29,918 nt of DNA from Promethearchaeota archaeon (lineage in GTDB: Archaea > Asgardarchaeota > Lokiarchaeia > Sigyniarchaeales > SOKP01). The notes under the pieces are model-generated. The model saw only the letters and a list, made by a program, of their open reading frames with translations. It was not told the DNA's origin and made no database searches. Position numbers and translations under genes: made by a program. Shown here one piece after another: positions 29,254 to 29,918 of the stretch. The stretch covers positions 1 through 29,918 of the forward strand of contig JABCSY010000050.1 of the NCBI GenBank assembly GCA_018238625.1, written 5' to 3'. Each line of letters starts with the position of its first letter. The first letter of the stretch is position 1.

Positions 29254-29646
29254 ACCCTTACAGACCCACAATTAGAAGAACATTTTAAAGAATATAGTAA
29301 ATAATATGAAAAGATACTTATAACAAACTTTTTTTTAATTTTTTTTCTTATATATCAATTTTTAAAAAAACAACTTATTTCTTCCATCGATAGTTAAATA
29401 TTAATTTATAAATACTCATATGAATATTATGCCATCTGTAAAAAACGCGGTAATTGATTTCATTAAAAATTTACCGGATGATCTAACCGTGGAAGAGATT
29501 GCGTATAAACTGTATCTCGATGAAAGAATTAATAAAGCCCAAAAGCAAATGAAAGAAGGAAATTATTTAACTCACGAAGAAGCTAAAGAACGGCTGAAAA
29601 AATGGTTGATATAAGATGGTTAATAGGTGTTTTAAAAGATATTGAA
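29254..29646. repeat. Long direct repeat copy 2 (extra 31 bp at 29374-29404)
   Basis: acccttacagacccacaattagaagaacattttaaagaatatagtaaataa is the idh 3' end with 2 mismatches in 51 nt. Confidence 0.95.
29420..29614 (+). CDS. Putative type II antitoxin, copy 2
   Basis: Protein identical to copy 1; two synonymous nt differences. Confidence 0.75.
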   Translation: MNIMPSVKNAVIDFIKNLPDDLTVEEIAYKLYLDERINKAQKQMKEGNYLTHEEAKERLKKWLI

Positions 29647-29676
29647 GTAAATAAATATTTAAGATTAAATAACTAG
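29602..29676 (+). pseudogene. RelE/ParE toxin N-terminal remnant, copy 2
   Basis: MVDIRWLIGVLKDIE then unrelated VNKYLRLNN*. Confidence 0.6.
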
Positions 29677-29696
29677 ATTTAGAATAGTGACTGATT

Positions 29697-29888
29697 ATGA
29701 GTAATACTAATAAAGAAGAATTGCACGCTCTTATCGAACGAATGCCAGATGATTTTACATTGGAGGATTTACAGTATCGTCTTTTTGTTCTTCAAAAATT
29801 AGAAAAGGCAGAATATCAATTAAAACAAGGATGTAAAACTTCTACTTTAGATGAGATGAGAGAATTAGTAAAAAAATGGCTGAATTAA
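29697..29888 (+). CDS. Putative type II antitoxin, divergent paralog
   Basis: KEELHALIERMPDDFTLEDLQYRLFVLQKLEKAEYQLKQG...LVKKWLN aligns with copies 1 and 2; same AAAAAATGG overlap with a downstream ATG at 29876. Confidence 0.72.
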   Translation: MSNTNKEELHALIERMPDDFTLEDLQYRLFVLQKLEKAEYQLKQGCKTSTLDEMRELVKKWLN

Positions 29889-29918
29889 GAGAAGAGTTCC
29901 CTCAAGATGAGATGCTTT

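Noticed and set aside
1-29918. CRISPR array, tRNA/rRNA, integron attC sites, IS elements
   Set aside because: No regularly spaced repeats, cloverleafs, convincing attC palindromes, terminal inverted repeats or transposase/integrase motifs found by eye.

Overview
AT-rich archaeal-type DNA: TATA-like boxes, oligo-T terminators and GAGGT/GGTG-type Shine-Dalgarno sites. The gene repertoire resembles Asgard (Lokiarchaeia-like) genomes, but this assignment is an inference. The backbone is metabolic: an M19 dipeptidase (partial), two alpha/beta hydrolases, two GPH/MFS transporters, a nucleoside hydrolase, an FMN alpha-hydroxy-acid dehydrogenase, fumC, sucCD, a D-aminoacylase, a two-subunit ATP-citrate lyase (aclB-aclA) and an isocitrate dehydrogenase. 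Accessory pieces not shown in the ORF track lie between these genes: (i) a ~360-bp direct repeat starting inside the 3' end of idh, carrying identical antitoxin-like genes each followed by a separately broken RelE/ParE toxin stub, plus a third divergent antitoxin; (ii) a DUF433 antitoxin remnant filling the gap 20182-20298; (iii) a TPP-enzyme C-terminal remnant in frame behind a nucleotidyltransferase; (iv) a 644-bp tandem gene duplication with an excess of amino-acid changes in its C-terminal half; (v) a 24-bp direct repeat bracketing a 2.1-kb cassette. No rRNA, tRNA, CRISPR array, integrase or transposase was recognised.
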